64,000 nucleotides of DNA from Octopus sinensis (GCF_006345805.1 NC_043021.1:20646001-20710000), one strand, 5' to 3'; shown: positions 11,901 through 23,916, counted from the first letter of the stretch. Made by a program: numbers and translations. The notes: generated by a model from the letters alone, not told the origin.

Positions 11901-12301
11901 TTATACAGAAAGATTTAAATGTGTTAAAATATATACAAAATAGTGTTTCCGCTTCTCTTCATGGTCCTTTAAGGCATCTAGAAATTGGCTCAAATATTCA
12001 TTTCTTTCGTCAAGCAAGTGTGGGTTGAACTCCAGATGAACATTGCTGAGAACCGATCTGCCCAAACCTACCTCGTTCTTCACAACAGCAATTGGTTTGT
12101 TGTTGAGTTCTTCAAAATGAGCAAGTATTTTGGATTTTGGATGTTTCACAGGGTCTGCGTTTTCATATTGGAAACAGGCTCCACCGCCATTGTAATAAAC
12201 AGGGAATGTAGTTTTAGTTTCGACGAAGTTCACCAAAGCAGGTTTAGCACCAATTTCTGAATTGTACTTGAACCCTGGATAGCAAGGACCTTCACAACTA
12301 C
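11901..12301 (-). CDS. Stand-alone BPL_N (GATase1-like) protein, last coding exon
   Basis: Acceptor atttgtAG| at 12303-12302, phase 1. Encodes SCEGPCYPGFKYNSE...YYNGGG...GLGRSVLSNVHLEF...LNLSV then TAA at 11903-11901. Spliced CDS from the ATG is 154+228+401=783 nt, i.e. 260 aa. Confidence 0.9.
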
Positions 12302-12361
12302 CTACAAATATAGAAATATACATCAGATATTTACACGTCAACAAGCAACAAAGTCTCTATG

Positions 12362-12764
12362 TTAAAGGCGTAGGAGTGGCTGTGTGGTAAGTAACTTGCT
12401 TACCAATCACATGGATCCGGGTTCAGTCCCACTGCATGGCACCTTGGGTAAGTGTCTTCTACTATAGCTTCGGACCGACCAAAGCCTTGTTCGTGGATTT
12501 GGTAGACGGAAACTGAAAGAAGCCCGTCATGTGTGTGTGTGTGTGTGTGTATATGTTTGTGTGTCTGTGTTTGTTTCCCTAGCATTGCTTGACAATCGAT
12601 GCTGGTGTGTTTACATTCCCGTAACTTAGCGGTTCAGCGAAACTGACCGATAGAATAAGTACTAGGCTTACAAAGAATAAGCCCTGGGGTTGATTTGCTC
12701 GACTAAAGGCAGTGCTCCAGCATGGCCGCAGTCAAATGACTGAAACAAGTAAAAGAGTAAAAAA
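12362..12764 (+). mobile_element. CORE-type SINE (OR2-like) with ~25-bp target-site duplication
   Basis: Flanked by tcaacaagcaacaaagtctctatgt (to 12362) and tcaacaagcaacaaaagaagtctctatgt (from ~12767). Lies ~60 nt into the intron upstream of the last coding exon. Confidence 0.9.
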
Positions 12765-13594
12765 CATCAACAAGCAACAAAAGAAGTCTCTATGTCAAAG
12801 TGAAGGAACATCTTACCTGTAGGTGAAATTTCACCTGCAGTCACATTAGAAACTGCTCACAAATACAGTCTCTAAATTTCCAAATGAAAGAAATGGTGTG
12901 TAAATATATACAGTGGGCTTCTTTCAGTTTCTGCCCACCAAATCCACTCACAAGGCTTTGATCGGGCTGAAGCTATAGTAGAAGACACTTGTTCAAGGTG
13001 CCACGCAGTGAGACTGAACCTGAGACCATGTGGTCGGGAAGCAAGCTTCTTTCCACACAGCCACGTCTGTCCATATATACATATATATATATATATACAC
13101 ACACAAATATGAGAGAGAATCCACTATGTGGACGCTCTTACGCTAGATATAGATCCACAAAGGGACTCAACCACTAAGAATTGCTCTCAAGAAAAAATGT
13201 TTTCACCCTCATTTTGACTTTATATATATATATATATAGAATGTACTGTTCCGTGATAGAAAGGTCAACATAAAAAAGGTACTCCATCTGGTGAGATAAA
13301 TATTATTTATCTAAAGGGCACAATACATGTTTTTAAGTGTTACTAATAGTTTGATATGTTAAGAAATATCTCAAAGATATTCATCAGGCACAAGCCACAT
13401 ATCATAATGAGCTAAAAACAAATTAATTAAGAAACGCGAAAAAGCCGAGAAGGCAGTATATAGAAAACGTGAAAGGTTAAAAGCGGAAAATGCAAAATGG
13501 AAAAGGAGTTATCTCCCTTACAACTTACATTATAAAGCTGTAAAGAGGTCAGATCCGTTTCAGATCTAAGGTCTCTAACTCTCTATTGAACTCA

Positions 13595-14160
13595 TTATCA
13601 TCGTTTAATCTCCTTTTTCCAGGCTAGCATGGGTTGGACGGTTCAACTGAGGACTGGCAAGCCAGGAGGCTGCACCAGGCTCCAGTCTGATCTGGCAGTG
13701 TTTATACAGCTGGATGCCCTTCCTAGCGCCAACCACTCCGTCAGTGTAGTGGGTGCTTTTTACGTGCCACCGGTACAGGGGCCAGATGAGGCTGGCAAAC
13801 AGCCACGATCGGATGGTGCTTTTACATGTCACCGACATGGACGCCAGTCAAGCGGCACTGGCAACTGCCACGTTCGGACGGTGCTTTTTACGTGTCACCG
13901 GCACGGGTATCTTAACTACAATTTCCATTTGATTTTGGTGTTAACGTACTTGACTCAATAGGTCTCCTCAAGAACAGCGGGTCACTCTGCAATCCAAGGT
14001 TAGCACACAACAGGCTGTCCTGCGAGCCATGGACTCACTTCATTTGTCGGGTCTTCAAAGTCACAGCATATCTCCAGAGGTCTTGGTCTTTCGTCATAGC
14101 TTCTGTGAGGCTCAACGTATGAAGGTAACGCTTGACCACCTCATCCCATGTCTTCCTGAA
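13595..14160 (-). mobile_element. 5'-truncated RTE LINE (ORF end plus 3' UTR)
   Basis: Minus strand encodes approximately KTWDEVVK...LTEAMTKDQDLWRYAV, then the family 3' UTR. Confidence 0.8.
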
Positions 14161-14234
14161 CTCTAGGTCTAAAATTTTCAGCAGTTGCTAATATATGTGT
14201 AAATATATTTTGAAGAATTGTAAAATTCTGCATG

Positions 14235-15146
14235 TTCAGTCCCACTGCGTGGCACCTTGGGCAAGTGTCTTCTACTATAGCCTCGGGCCGACCAAAGCCT
14301 TGTGAATGGATTTGGTAGACAGAAACTGAAAGAAGCCCGTCGTATATATATATATATATATATATGTGTATGTGTGTGCATGTATGTTTGTGTCTGTGTT
14401 TGTCCCCCTAGCATTGCTTGACAACTGAAGCTGGTGTGTTTATGTCCCTGTCACCTAGCCGGTTCGGCAAAAGAGACTGATAGAATAAGTACTGGGCTTA
14501 CAAAGAATAAGTCCGGGGTCAAGTTGCTCAACTAAAGGCGTTGCTCCAGCATAGCCGCAGTCAACTGACTGAAACAAGTAAAAAAAAAAGAGTATACCTG
14601 ATTATCTTTCCAGCCTTATAATTTAAGATGTAAGAAGGATAACTCTTACCTTTTTTTTCTTTTTATGTTGTAGTTTTTACTTCCGTGTTTTCCTTTTTTT
14701 CATTTTCCAATCCTTAGCCATTTTCTATACTCTTTACTCTTTTACTTGTTTCAGTCAGTTGACTGTGGCTATGCTGGAGCACCGCCTTTAGTCGAGCAAG
14801 TCGACCCCGGAACTTATTCTTTGTAAGCCCAGTACTTATTCCATCGGTTTCTTTTGCCGAACCGCTAAGTGACGGCGACGTAAACACACCAGCTTCGGTT
14901 GTCAAGCAATGCTAAGGGGACAAACACAGACACACAAACATATACATACACATATATATATATATATATATATACATATATATGATGGACTTCTTTCAGT
15001 TTCCGTCTACCAAATCCACTCACAAGGCTTTGGTCAGCCCGAGGCTATAGTAGAAGACACTTGCCCAAGGTGCCATGCAGTGGGACTGAACCCAGAACCA
15101 TGTGGTTGGTAAACAAGCTACTTACCACACAGCCACTCATACGCCT
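14235..15146. mobile_element. Tail-to-tail inverted pair of CORE-type SINEs (14235-14594 +, 14728-15146 -)
   Basis: Two OR2-like copies in opposite orientation, ~135 nt apart, in intron 2 of the gene. Confidence 0.85.
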
Positions 15147-15766
15147 ATTTGCTGCCTTTTCAGCTTTTTCGTGTTTCTTCTCTTTTTCAATCTTTTTAGT
15201 TTGTTAAAATGTGGTTTGTGCCTCTTTACTCTTTTACTTGTTTCAGTCAGAAGACATCTGTTCAAGGATCCACGTAGTGGGACCGAACCCAGAACCATGT
15301 GGTTGGGAAGCAAGCTTCTACAACACAACCACATATGTGCCTATATACATACATATATATAAGAATTCTTTTCTTTTCCATTTCTTTTCTTATCTGAACA
15401 TATTAAACCACGGTTTACCATTTAAATTACTAACTACTGTTACCCTTATAGCAAGGCCTATACATAATTTTTGTTATATTACACACAAGGGGCCAACAAA
15501 GAGGGGACAATACAATCTGATTTCGGGGTCAGATGAACAAATGATGATACAAAAAAACATGGCATTAAAAATTTAACAAAAATACAATAAATAAAATCGA
15601 ATAATAGGACAGACCAGAAGACATTATGGTCTATAGATAGTTAGGTAATACACGAGTAGTGCCTACAGATACATTTATGCCTTATACATGCACCATGCAC
15701 ACACATACATACACCACCATCGTTTTATTTCTGCATGGGTTACATGAGTCTTTTATAGCAGAACAT

Positions 15767-16792
15767 CAATATCGAAATCGATCAACATCAATGGAAATTG
15801 TAGCTGTGATACCAGTGCCGGTGGCACATAAGAGAACCATCCGAACGTGGGCGGTGCTGGCATGCCGGTGGCACATAAAAAGCACCATCTGACCGTGGCC
15901 GTTTGCCAGCCCCGCCTGGCACGTAAAAAGCACCATCCGACTGTGGCCATTTGTCAGCCCCGCCTGGCCCCTGTGCTGGTGGCACGTAAAAAGCACCATC
16001 CGATCGTGGTTGTTTGCCAGCCTAGCCTGGTTCCTGTGCCGGTGGCACGTAAAAAGCACCATCTGACCGTGGCCGTTTGCCAGCCCCGCCTGGCACCTGT
16101 GCCAGTGGCACGTAAAAAGCACCATCCGACTGTGGCCATTTGTCAGCCCCGCCTGGCCCCTGTGCTGGTGGCACGTAAAAAGCACCATCCGATCGTGGTT
16201 GTTTGCCAGCCTAGCCTGGTTCCTGTGCCGGTGGCACGTAAAAAGCACCATCTGACCGTGGCCGTTTGCCAGCCCCGCCTGGCACCTGTGCCAGTGGCAC
16301 GTAAAAAGCACCATCCGACTGTGGCCATTTGTCAGCCCCGCCTGGCCCCTGTGCTGGTGGCACGTAAAAAGCACCATCCGATTGTGGCAGTTTGCCAGCC
16401 TCCCCTGGTCCCCGTGCCAGTGGCACGTAAAAAGCACCATCCGACCGTGGCCGTTTGCCAGCCCCGCCTGGCACCTGTGCCGGTGGCACGTAAAAAGCAC
16501 CATCCGATGTGGCAGTTTGCCAGCCTCCCCTGGTCCCCGTGCCAGTGGCACGTAAAAAGCACCATCCGACCGTGGCCGTTTGCCAGCCCCGCCTGGCACC
16601 TGTGCCGGTGGCACGTAAAAAGCACCCACTACACTCATGGAGTGGTTGGCATTAGGAAGGGCATCCAGCTGTAGAAACATTGCCAGATCAGACTGGGCCT
16701 GGTGCAGCCTCCTGGCTTCCCAGACCCCAGTTGAACCGTCCAACCCATGCCAGCATGGAAAGCGGACATTAAACGATGATGATGATGATGAC
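15767..16792 (+). mobile_element. RTE 3'-UTR copy with amplified 63-bp minisatellite
   Basis: About 13 units anchored on GTGGCACGTAAAAAGCACCATC, with a 189-bp trimer periodicity, then the family terminal block and a (GAT)n tail. Confidence 0.9.
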
Positions 16793-17109
16793 GATCTCAC
16801 TATTTGTTGCTGTAATTTGTTGTCTTCATGAGGTTTGGTCTCTCAAGATCAGCTTTCAAATGCTTCAGCCCATGTTTTTCTTTAATGTCCATCTGACCCC
16901 TATTTCCACTCGAATCACCTGGGACTTCTTTACCTAGTTCTCATCCTCCATACATGCATATTCATATCAGGTTAGTCTTCTCTCTTGCACATTACAACAA
17001 CCTTCATACTCAGTTGTTCATACACACTAACGTCATACACACTAACGTCCAGAGGAGAATGAATCCCTAACTTCCTTACCTTGTTCTCATCCTTCAATTA
17101 TTTATTTAT

Positions 17110-17402
17110 GAGCCCTTTTCAAGCCTAGCCAGGCTCATGAGCCCGGTTTAGCAGTTTCTGTGGCGCATGTGTTCCTCCCAGCTGGACGGGATGCCAGTCC
17201 ATCGCAGCGTTACTCAAGAAACAGGAAGAAAGAGAGAAAGTTGGGTCGAAAGAGTACAACAGGGGTCGCCACCACTCCCTGCCGGAGCCTCATTGAGCTT
17301 TAGGCGTTTTTGCTCAATAAACACACACAACGCCCAGTCTGGGAATCGAAACCGCGATCCTCCGACTGCGAGTCTGCTGCCCTAACCACTGGGCCATTGT
17401 GC
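17110..17402 (-). mobile_element. tRNA-derived SINE, family C, tail type 2
   Basis: Same head and 5' body as 585-960 but a different 3' part (GCGATGGACTGGCATCCCGTCCAGC...). Related copies at ~34480-34765 (+), ~45650-45932 (-) and ~52998-53295 (-). Confidence 0.75.
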
Positions 17403-17498
17403 CCTCATCCTTCATACTCATCACATATTAATATCAGGTTGGTCCTCTCCCTTGCACACTACATCTGATTCCTTTAATAAACCTTTAATAATCTCAAC

Positions 17499-17928
17499 GG
17501 ATCTTTTTGGTTTGAATGGCAGTTTTTTCTAGCGGTGTCATATGAAATTGTCACCCATAATTATGACCCTAGTATCGATCTATTGCATTTCAATCTGTTG
17601 TAGGGTTAGGGTTGGTTAGGGGTAGGGGTAGGGGGATGGGTATCTTTTTTTCTTCACAAATGTAAATAAACCCAATCTGTTTCTTAAACGAGGGACATAT
17701 TCATATGGCACAGAATGTTTTTTTTTACCTCAATAGACGTCAGTGATTGGTTGAAATTGCAGAAATTGAAGAAAAAAAACAACAAATATCTTACAAACTA
17801 CGGAATTTTCTCAAGAAAGCCAAGAGAAAAAGATGTTTTATAAACACATTCTACCAGTATATGAAGTCTAAAATGTTTTAGTTACCTAGAAATTATGTTA
17901 CAAACTACCGTTCAAACTGAAAAGATCC
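17499..17928. mobile_element. Non-autonomous TIR element with internal TTAGGG-like tract
   Basis: Termini GGATCTTTTTGGTTTGAATGGCAG / CTACCGTTCAAACTGAAAAGATCC. Homologous to 41584-42000. Confidence 0.8.
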
Positions 17929-18067
17929 ATCTCAACTCATTCATACTTGGTCGCTTGTGCATGCAAACATCCAGTGAAGTATGAATCTCTTGCTTCTTTC
18001 CAACCTTCATAAACTGCTCGGTTCCAAATAAAACAAACCATTTCTTAGTGAATAACTCAGTACCTAC

Positions 18068-18295
18068 CATGGAAGAACTTGAGATGTCGCTCTCCCACCA
18101 CTTCCATTGGTCCACCTTTATCAAAAGCGACAGCATCACATGCAAAGTAGGAACCAGCGCAGATTCCGAGATATGAACCTCCCTGGTAGACATAGTCTTG
18201 GATTGTCTTCATTCCCAACTTGCCAAGTGACCGTATAAATCCAAGATCATAACCACCACCAAAACAAATGGCAGCAGCATCTTTGGTCCAAGATC
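18068..18295 (-). CDS. Stand-alone BPL_N (GATase1-like) protein, second coding exon
   Basis: 228 nt, phase 1-1, bounded by ttcttccAG| and |GTAGGT. Encodes SWTKDAAAICFGGGYDLG...GGSYLGICAGSYFAC...FFH, including the GGG oxyanion loop and the GICAG nucleophile elbow. Confidence 0.9.
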
Positions 18296-18377
18296 CTGGA
18301 AGAAATGAGAGGGACAGTTTGGACATTACAATGTTTTACGTGCAGAACAACGAGGGGCTGGGGTCATACAATATCTA

Positions 18378-19270
18378 TTTCTTTATTACCCACAAGGGGC
18401 ATAGGTATTAAGACATAGGTATTAAGTCGATTATATCGACCCCAGTGCGTAACTGGTACTTAATTTATCAACCCCGAAAGGATGAAAGGCAAAGTCGACC
18501 TCGGCGGGATTTGAACTCACAACGTAACGCATTTCGCCGGCGCGCTAACATTTCTGCCAGCTCACCGCCTTGTGATACAATATCATCATTGTTAATACTT
18601 GAGCTAACGAAGGAGCCTTCCAGTCCTTGATTCCATCATTACATCTCTCATGTACCCAAAGCTTACATTTTGCAGAGCATATGGAGTTTATATCAAGTCC
18701 TTTACTGCACATGGATCAAGGCCTTTTCCCCGAAAGTACACGGGTTCAGTTTTTTTTCCTTTCCCTATTGACTCAAGGCACACACCCAAATAATCCCAAA
18801 CACCTCTGATCCTCATGTAAGACATGTACAAATCTCTTCCTCACCCCAAACCAAGTACACTTATTTCTTTATTGCCCACAAGGGGCTAAACACAGAGGGG
18901 ACAAACAAGGACAGACAAATGGATTAAGTCAATTACATCGACCCCAGTGCATAACTGGTACTTAATTTATCTTCCATGAAAGGATGAAAGACAAAGTCGA
19001 CCTCGGTGGAATTTGAACTCAGAATGTAACGGGAGACAAAATACCAATTTCTTTACTACCCACAAGGGGCTAAACACAGAGAGGACAGACAAATGGATTA
19101 AGTCGATTATATCGACCACAGTGCGTAACTGGTACTTATTTAATCAACCCCGAAAGGATGAAAGGCAAAGTCGACCTCGGCGGAATTTGAACTCAGAACG
19201 TAGTGGCAGACGAAATACTGCTAAGCATTTCGGCCGGTGAACTATTGTTTCTACCAGCTTGCCGCCTTCA
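18378..19270 (-). mobile_element. Deu/Nin-domain SINE (OR1-like) copies (18378-18570, 18860-19270)
   Basis: GAGGTCGACTTTGCCTTTCATCCTTTCGGGG..ATAAATTAAGTACCAG on the minus strand resembles the Deu/Nin central domain. The second copy is a tandem dimer. Confidence 0.75.
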
Positions 19271-19653
19271 CCCCAAATCAAGTACACTTGTCACCTACAT
19301 ACTTTTCTATCCGTTTTACTAAGTTTACTTTAAAACTTCTCAATTTTAGGTTTAGCTTCCATGCCTGGAACTTCCTCTCAGATTTTCGTACAAAGTCAGC
19401 CATAAAAACTGGCCGAATTTGAATATGTATTCCTGTAAGCATATAGTTCTCATGGACAGCTAATCTTAAACTCTTATGTGATGACCGGTTGCTGAGAACC
19501 CCCTTCCGTTATGACTGACCATGGGATTGCACCTAGAAAGTTACCCTCCCAGGGGAATTGCTAAATAATGGGTACTATACACCCTTATTTTTACCAGTAA
19601 TTAACCTCTAGAAATGGCCATTGGTACCCTATTTTAACATGTTCAACTATCAT

Positions 19654-20065
19654 AGGTGCAGGCGTGGCTGTGTGGTAAGTAGCTTGCTTACCAACCACAT
19701 CGTTCCAGGTTCATTCCCACTGCGTGGCACCATGGGCAAGTGTCTTGTACTATAGCCTTGGCCCGACCCAAGCCTTGTGAGTGGATTTGGTAGACGGAAA
19801 CTGAAAGAAGCCCGTCGTATATATGTATATATATATATATATCTATATATGTATGTGTGTATATGTTTGTGTGTCTGTGTTTGTCCCCCCAACATCGCTT
19901 GACAACCAATGGTGGCGTGTTTACATCCCTGTAACTTGGTGGTTCAGCAAAAGATACCGATAGAATAAGTACTAGGCTTCCAAAGAAGTCCTGGGGTCGA
20001 TTTGCTTGACTAAAGGTAGTGCTCCAGCATGGCGCAGTCAAATGACTGAAACAAGTAAAAGAGTA
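19654..20065 (+). mobile_element. CORE-type SINE (OR2-like)
   Basis: Same family as 9186-9573. Confidence 0.85.
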
Positions 20066-20100
20066 TCCTGACTCAATTTCTTTACTCTTTTTATCTTTTA

Positions 20101-21051
20101 CTAGCAGCATAGCCCGGTGTTGCCCAGGTATGTAAGAGCCCCTAGTAGGCAACGACTAATCCCAGTCTAGTCCTTTCCCTCTAGGGAACGAAGGCGCATG
20201 GGTAGGTTGCAATGTCTTCTTCACTCGAATACTTCTGTGTATACGATGTTCCTAGCTGTCCCTTTGGGCGAAAATATGAAAACATCATTGCGACTCCCAA
20301 CACGTGAACAGCCCACGTAGAGTTGACCATGGGCGAAGCACTGTTCGCCCAACTGTAACCCAGCGACTTGTAGCGTTTGGCCTTGGGATTTATTGATGGA
20401 CATTGCGAAGCAGAGTTTAACAGGAAACTGAGAACACCTGAAGTGGATTGGTAGGTCAGCGCCCGACGGTTGAAGGTGCATGCGTGGAATGAAGACGTCC
20501 TCTCCCTTCCCACAACCGGTAAGTATTGTGGCTGTTATTAAATGTGGTGGCAAATGTTTCACAACCAGACGTGTGCCGTTGCACTGTTAAGGTGGAACCA
20601 AATTCCTGATGAGCATAATGGGCGCACCGACTTTTAACTTCAGGATGTGTGGCGGCAGGCCTGGCGGTTCAAGTGAATTCAGAAATTCAACAGGATAATC
20701 GGCAAGCTCGGCGGGATCTGCTGTCCTATCAATAGATTTGTAGACGTGGACATCACCAGGAATAGATTCAAGTAGCTGGATATTGATGAAGTTGAGAGTT
20801 AAAAAGGTCGAGTTGCGTCCCCTAGACAGTCTGTGGTTTGTGTTTCGGATTCTTGACCCCATGTCGAATTTATCGATTTTTTTTCAGAACTGGGTGAACT
20901 TTTCAAAATTTTCGCTGTGTTAGTTTTGAATTATGACATTGGGCTATGTGTGTGTCACGTTTCATCAGAATCGGTTGAAAGCCGTGGTCAGGGTGAGGGT
21001 ACAACCTGACAGACACACAGACAGACAAACTGCCGTTTATATAGAGAGAGA
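20101..21051 (-). mobile_element. Internally deleted Helitron retaining the PIF1-helicase C-terminus
   Basis: Minus strand A|TC start at 21051, 3' hairpin cctgggcaacaccggg and CTAG|T end at 20101. Encodes LEPPGLPPHILKLKVGAPIMLIRNL and FPVKLCFAMSINKSQGQTL...HGQLYVGCSRV. Confidence 0.92.
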
Positions 21052-21166
21052 TTTCGCTTTCATCACTACTTCAGATCTTCTTCAATATACTTACGTATAC
21101 ATGTATGTTTTAATATATTTAAGCCTACATGGAAACATTTTTTAAATCTATTATTTTATATATATA

Positions 21167-21568
21167 TACTCTTTTACTCTCTTTTACTTGTTTCAGTCAT
21201 TTGACTGCGGCCATGCTGGAGCACCGCCTTTAGTCGAGCAAATCGACCCTGGGACTTATTCTTTGTAAGCCCAGTACTTATTCTATCGGTCTCTTTTTGC
21301 CGAAACCGCTAAGCGACAGGGACGTAAACACACCAGCATCGGTTGTCAAGCAATGCTAGGGGGACACACACAAACACACACATATATATATATATAGATA
21401 TATACGACAGGCTTCTTTCAGTTTCCGTCTACCAATTCCACTCACAAAGCATTGGTCGGCCCGGGGCTATAGCAGAAAACACTTGCCCAAGATGCCGCGC
21501 AGTGGGACCGAACCCGGAACCATGCGGTTGGTAGGCAAGCTACTTACCACACAGCCACTCCTGCGCCT
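21167..21568 (-). mobile_element. CORE-type SINE (OR2-like)
   Basis: Same family as 9186-9573. Confidence 0.85.
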
Positions 21569-21828
21569 ATATATATATATTTTTTAATATATTTATTTCT
21601 ATATAGATTTTTAAAAAATTGTCTGTATATTTTAATGTATCATGTATATACTGGTTCTATAAATTCATCTGAAATCAGAGTCATGTTTACGGATTAAATT
21701 ACCTGGTCTTATGTTTCTTCATATTATATATATTTTTATCTTTTGTCTCAAGTTCCTCTCGAGCACCTCTAAGTGCAAACCTTAACTCTACGAGAGAATT
21801 TCTGATTAATCATATTCTTCCTCAAAAC

Positions 21829-21863
<35 letters not shown>

Positions 21864-21921
21864 CACACACACACATACATATATATATAATATATATATA
21901 TATATGCACATAGATGTATAT

Positions 21922-21966
<45 letters not shown>

Positions 21967-22065
21967 CAATATATATATATATACATATATATATAATATA
22001 CATATATATATATACATATATTATATATATACATATATATATATATACATATATAATATATATAC

Positions 22066-22096
<31 letters not shown>

Positions 22097-22277
22097 TAAT
22101 ATATATATATATATATACATATATATATGTATATATCACAATTTCAGCTGATTATTCTTTAGAAAGCTTCGAATGACCCATCCTTGTTTTCTTTGTATCG
22201 TCTGTCTGGATGTTTTGTTGTCCCTTTTTGTATCTCCTGGTTCTCCAGATGTTTTGCATTCTTGTCCCATTTTGTAT

Positions 22278-22340
<63 letters not shown>

Positions 22341-22384
22341 CACATACATACATACATATATATATATATATACATACATATACA

Positions 22385-22620
22385 AAAACACCATCCGAGC
22401 GTGGCCGTTCGCCAGCCTCGTCTGGCACCTGTGTCGGTGGCACATAAAATCACCCACTACACTCTCGGAGTGGTTGGCGTTAGGAAGGGCATCCAGCTGT
22501 AGAAACACTGCCAGATCTGACTGGCCTGGTGCAGCCTTCGGGCTCCCCAGACCCCAGTTGAACCGTCCAACCCATGCTAGCATGGAAAGCGGACGTTAAA
22601 TGATGATGATGATGATGATG
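22385..22620 (+). mobile_element. RTE 3'-UTR terminal fragment
   Basis: Near-identical to ~5715-5950; the antisense ORFs 5534..5914 and 22152..22583 share an identical N-terminal stretch. (ATG)n tail. Confidence 0.85.
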
Positions 22621-23379
22621 ATACACATACATATATATATATATATATATACATACATATATATATACATACATATATACATATATATACATACATATAT
22701 ATACATATATATACATACATATATATACATATACATGCCTGTCTCCGCGGTACCACTCTTCCATCTTCCCCTCAGCTGGAGTCCTTTCTCCTTAACCCCC
22801 CCCTTTTTCGTTACACACACGCGCGCACATATACACACCTTGCCTATATATATACATCACTCTTACACATTCAATCTACTCATTAATACCACCACGACAC
22901 TGGACACACACACACCTACTACTCAACACAAGCTGGCATGCTACATACGCCCCCACCCCTTCCCCTCCCTCCCTTCTCCTTCCTTCTTTTCTTACTACTG
23001 ACCTCCCTTCTTCCTTCCTTCTTTTTCTTAGTACTGACCTCGTCTGCTAGCTGACCACCAGTCTCGCCCTACCTCACACGCCTACACACACGCACACACT
23101 AACACACACCTATATTTTTTTATTTTTTTGTTTTTTTTTCATCTCGCCTCCACACACACATACACACACGCACATGCACACACTCACACATACACACACA
23201 TCTGTTGGGTTACCAACCTTGTCTCCACTCTTTTGCCTTTAAAAACCCACTTTGCCCTTGTTATCGTCAACATCCGCCTTTCACCATGTGCAACTCGTAA
23301 ACACCAGTCGTCTTTTTTCTCTTTCCCTGTTGCCCGCTCTGGGATCTTTCTTTCCTCTCTCTTCCTTCTTTATGTTTTT

Positions 23380-23406
23380 CCGACGAAGAGCTCCGCTCGA
23401 AACGTC
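23380..23406 (+). ncRNA. Minimal hammerhead motif HHR-C (degenerate, U4C)
   Basis: CCGACGA-A-GAGC-TCC-GCTC-GAAA-C-GTC: 4-bp stem II, ACGT palindromic stem III, poor stem I. Confidence 0.55.
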
Positions 23407-23578
23407 ATACCTCCCTGCTTCCATCTCCTGAGCGCCTATTAATAATAATACTGTAATTGTTCCTGTTGTTGTTGTTTTTTGTGTTTCCCTTTTGGATTAA
23501 AATTATATATATATTATACATACACATATAATACATACATATACATACATATATATCATACTACATATACATACATAC

Positions 23579-23609
<31 letters not shown>

Positions 23610-23660
23610 CATACATACATATATATATACATACATAATATATACATACATACTATATAC

Positions 23661-23706
<46 letters not shown>

Positions 23707-23738
23707 CAGCATACGTACACTTTGCTCTCTTATATGTA

Positions 23739-23779
<41 letters not shown>

Positions 23780-23859
23780 ATTCATAAATAAGGGCAAATG
23801 ACTTAGTGTTTGCTTCTTCCATGGGTATGAGTAAGTATCTCATTTATTTTTTTGCCACA

Positions 23860-23916
23860 TGTATCACTGATGAAGGGAGGGCTGTTATGAGCTAACCCTG
23901 AAATCAGTCCGATATG
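23860..23916 (+). ncRNA. Type I hammerhead motif HHR-D (partly degenerate)
   Basis: TGTATCA-CTGATGA (23867-23873)-AGGG...CCCT-GAAA (23900-23903)-TCA-GTC-CGATATG. Lies inside a 22-bp perfect inverted repeat (23777-23798 / 24046-24067). Confidence 0.6.

Noticed and set aside
15824-16630. CRISPR-like repeat-spacer appearance and 275-344-aa ORFs
   Set aside because: The 'spacers' are variants of one another, the context is a eukaryotic LINE 3' UTR, and there are no cas genes. The ORFs arise from the 63-bp periodicity.
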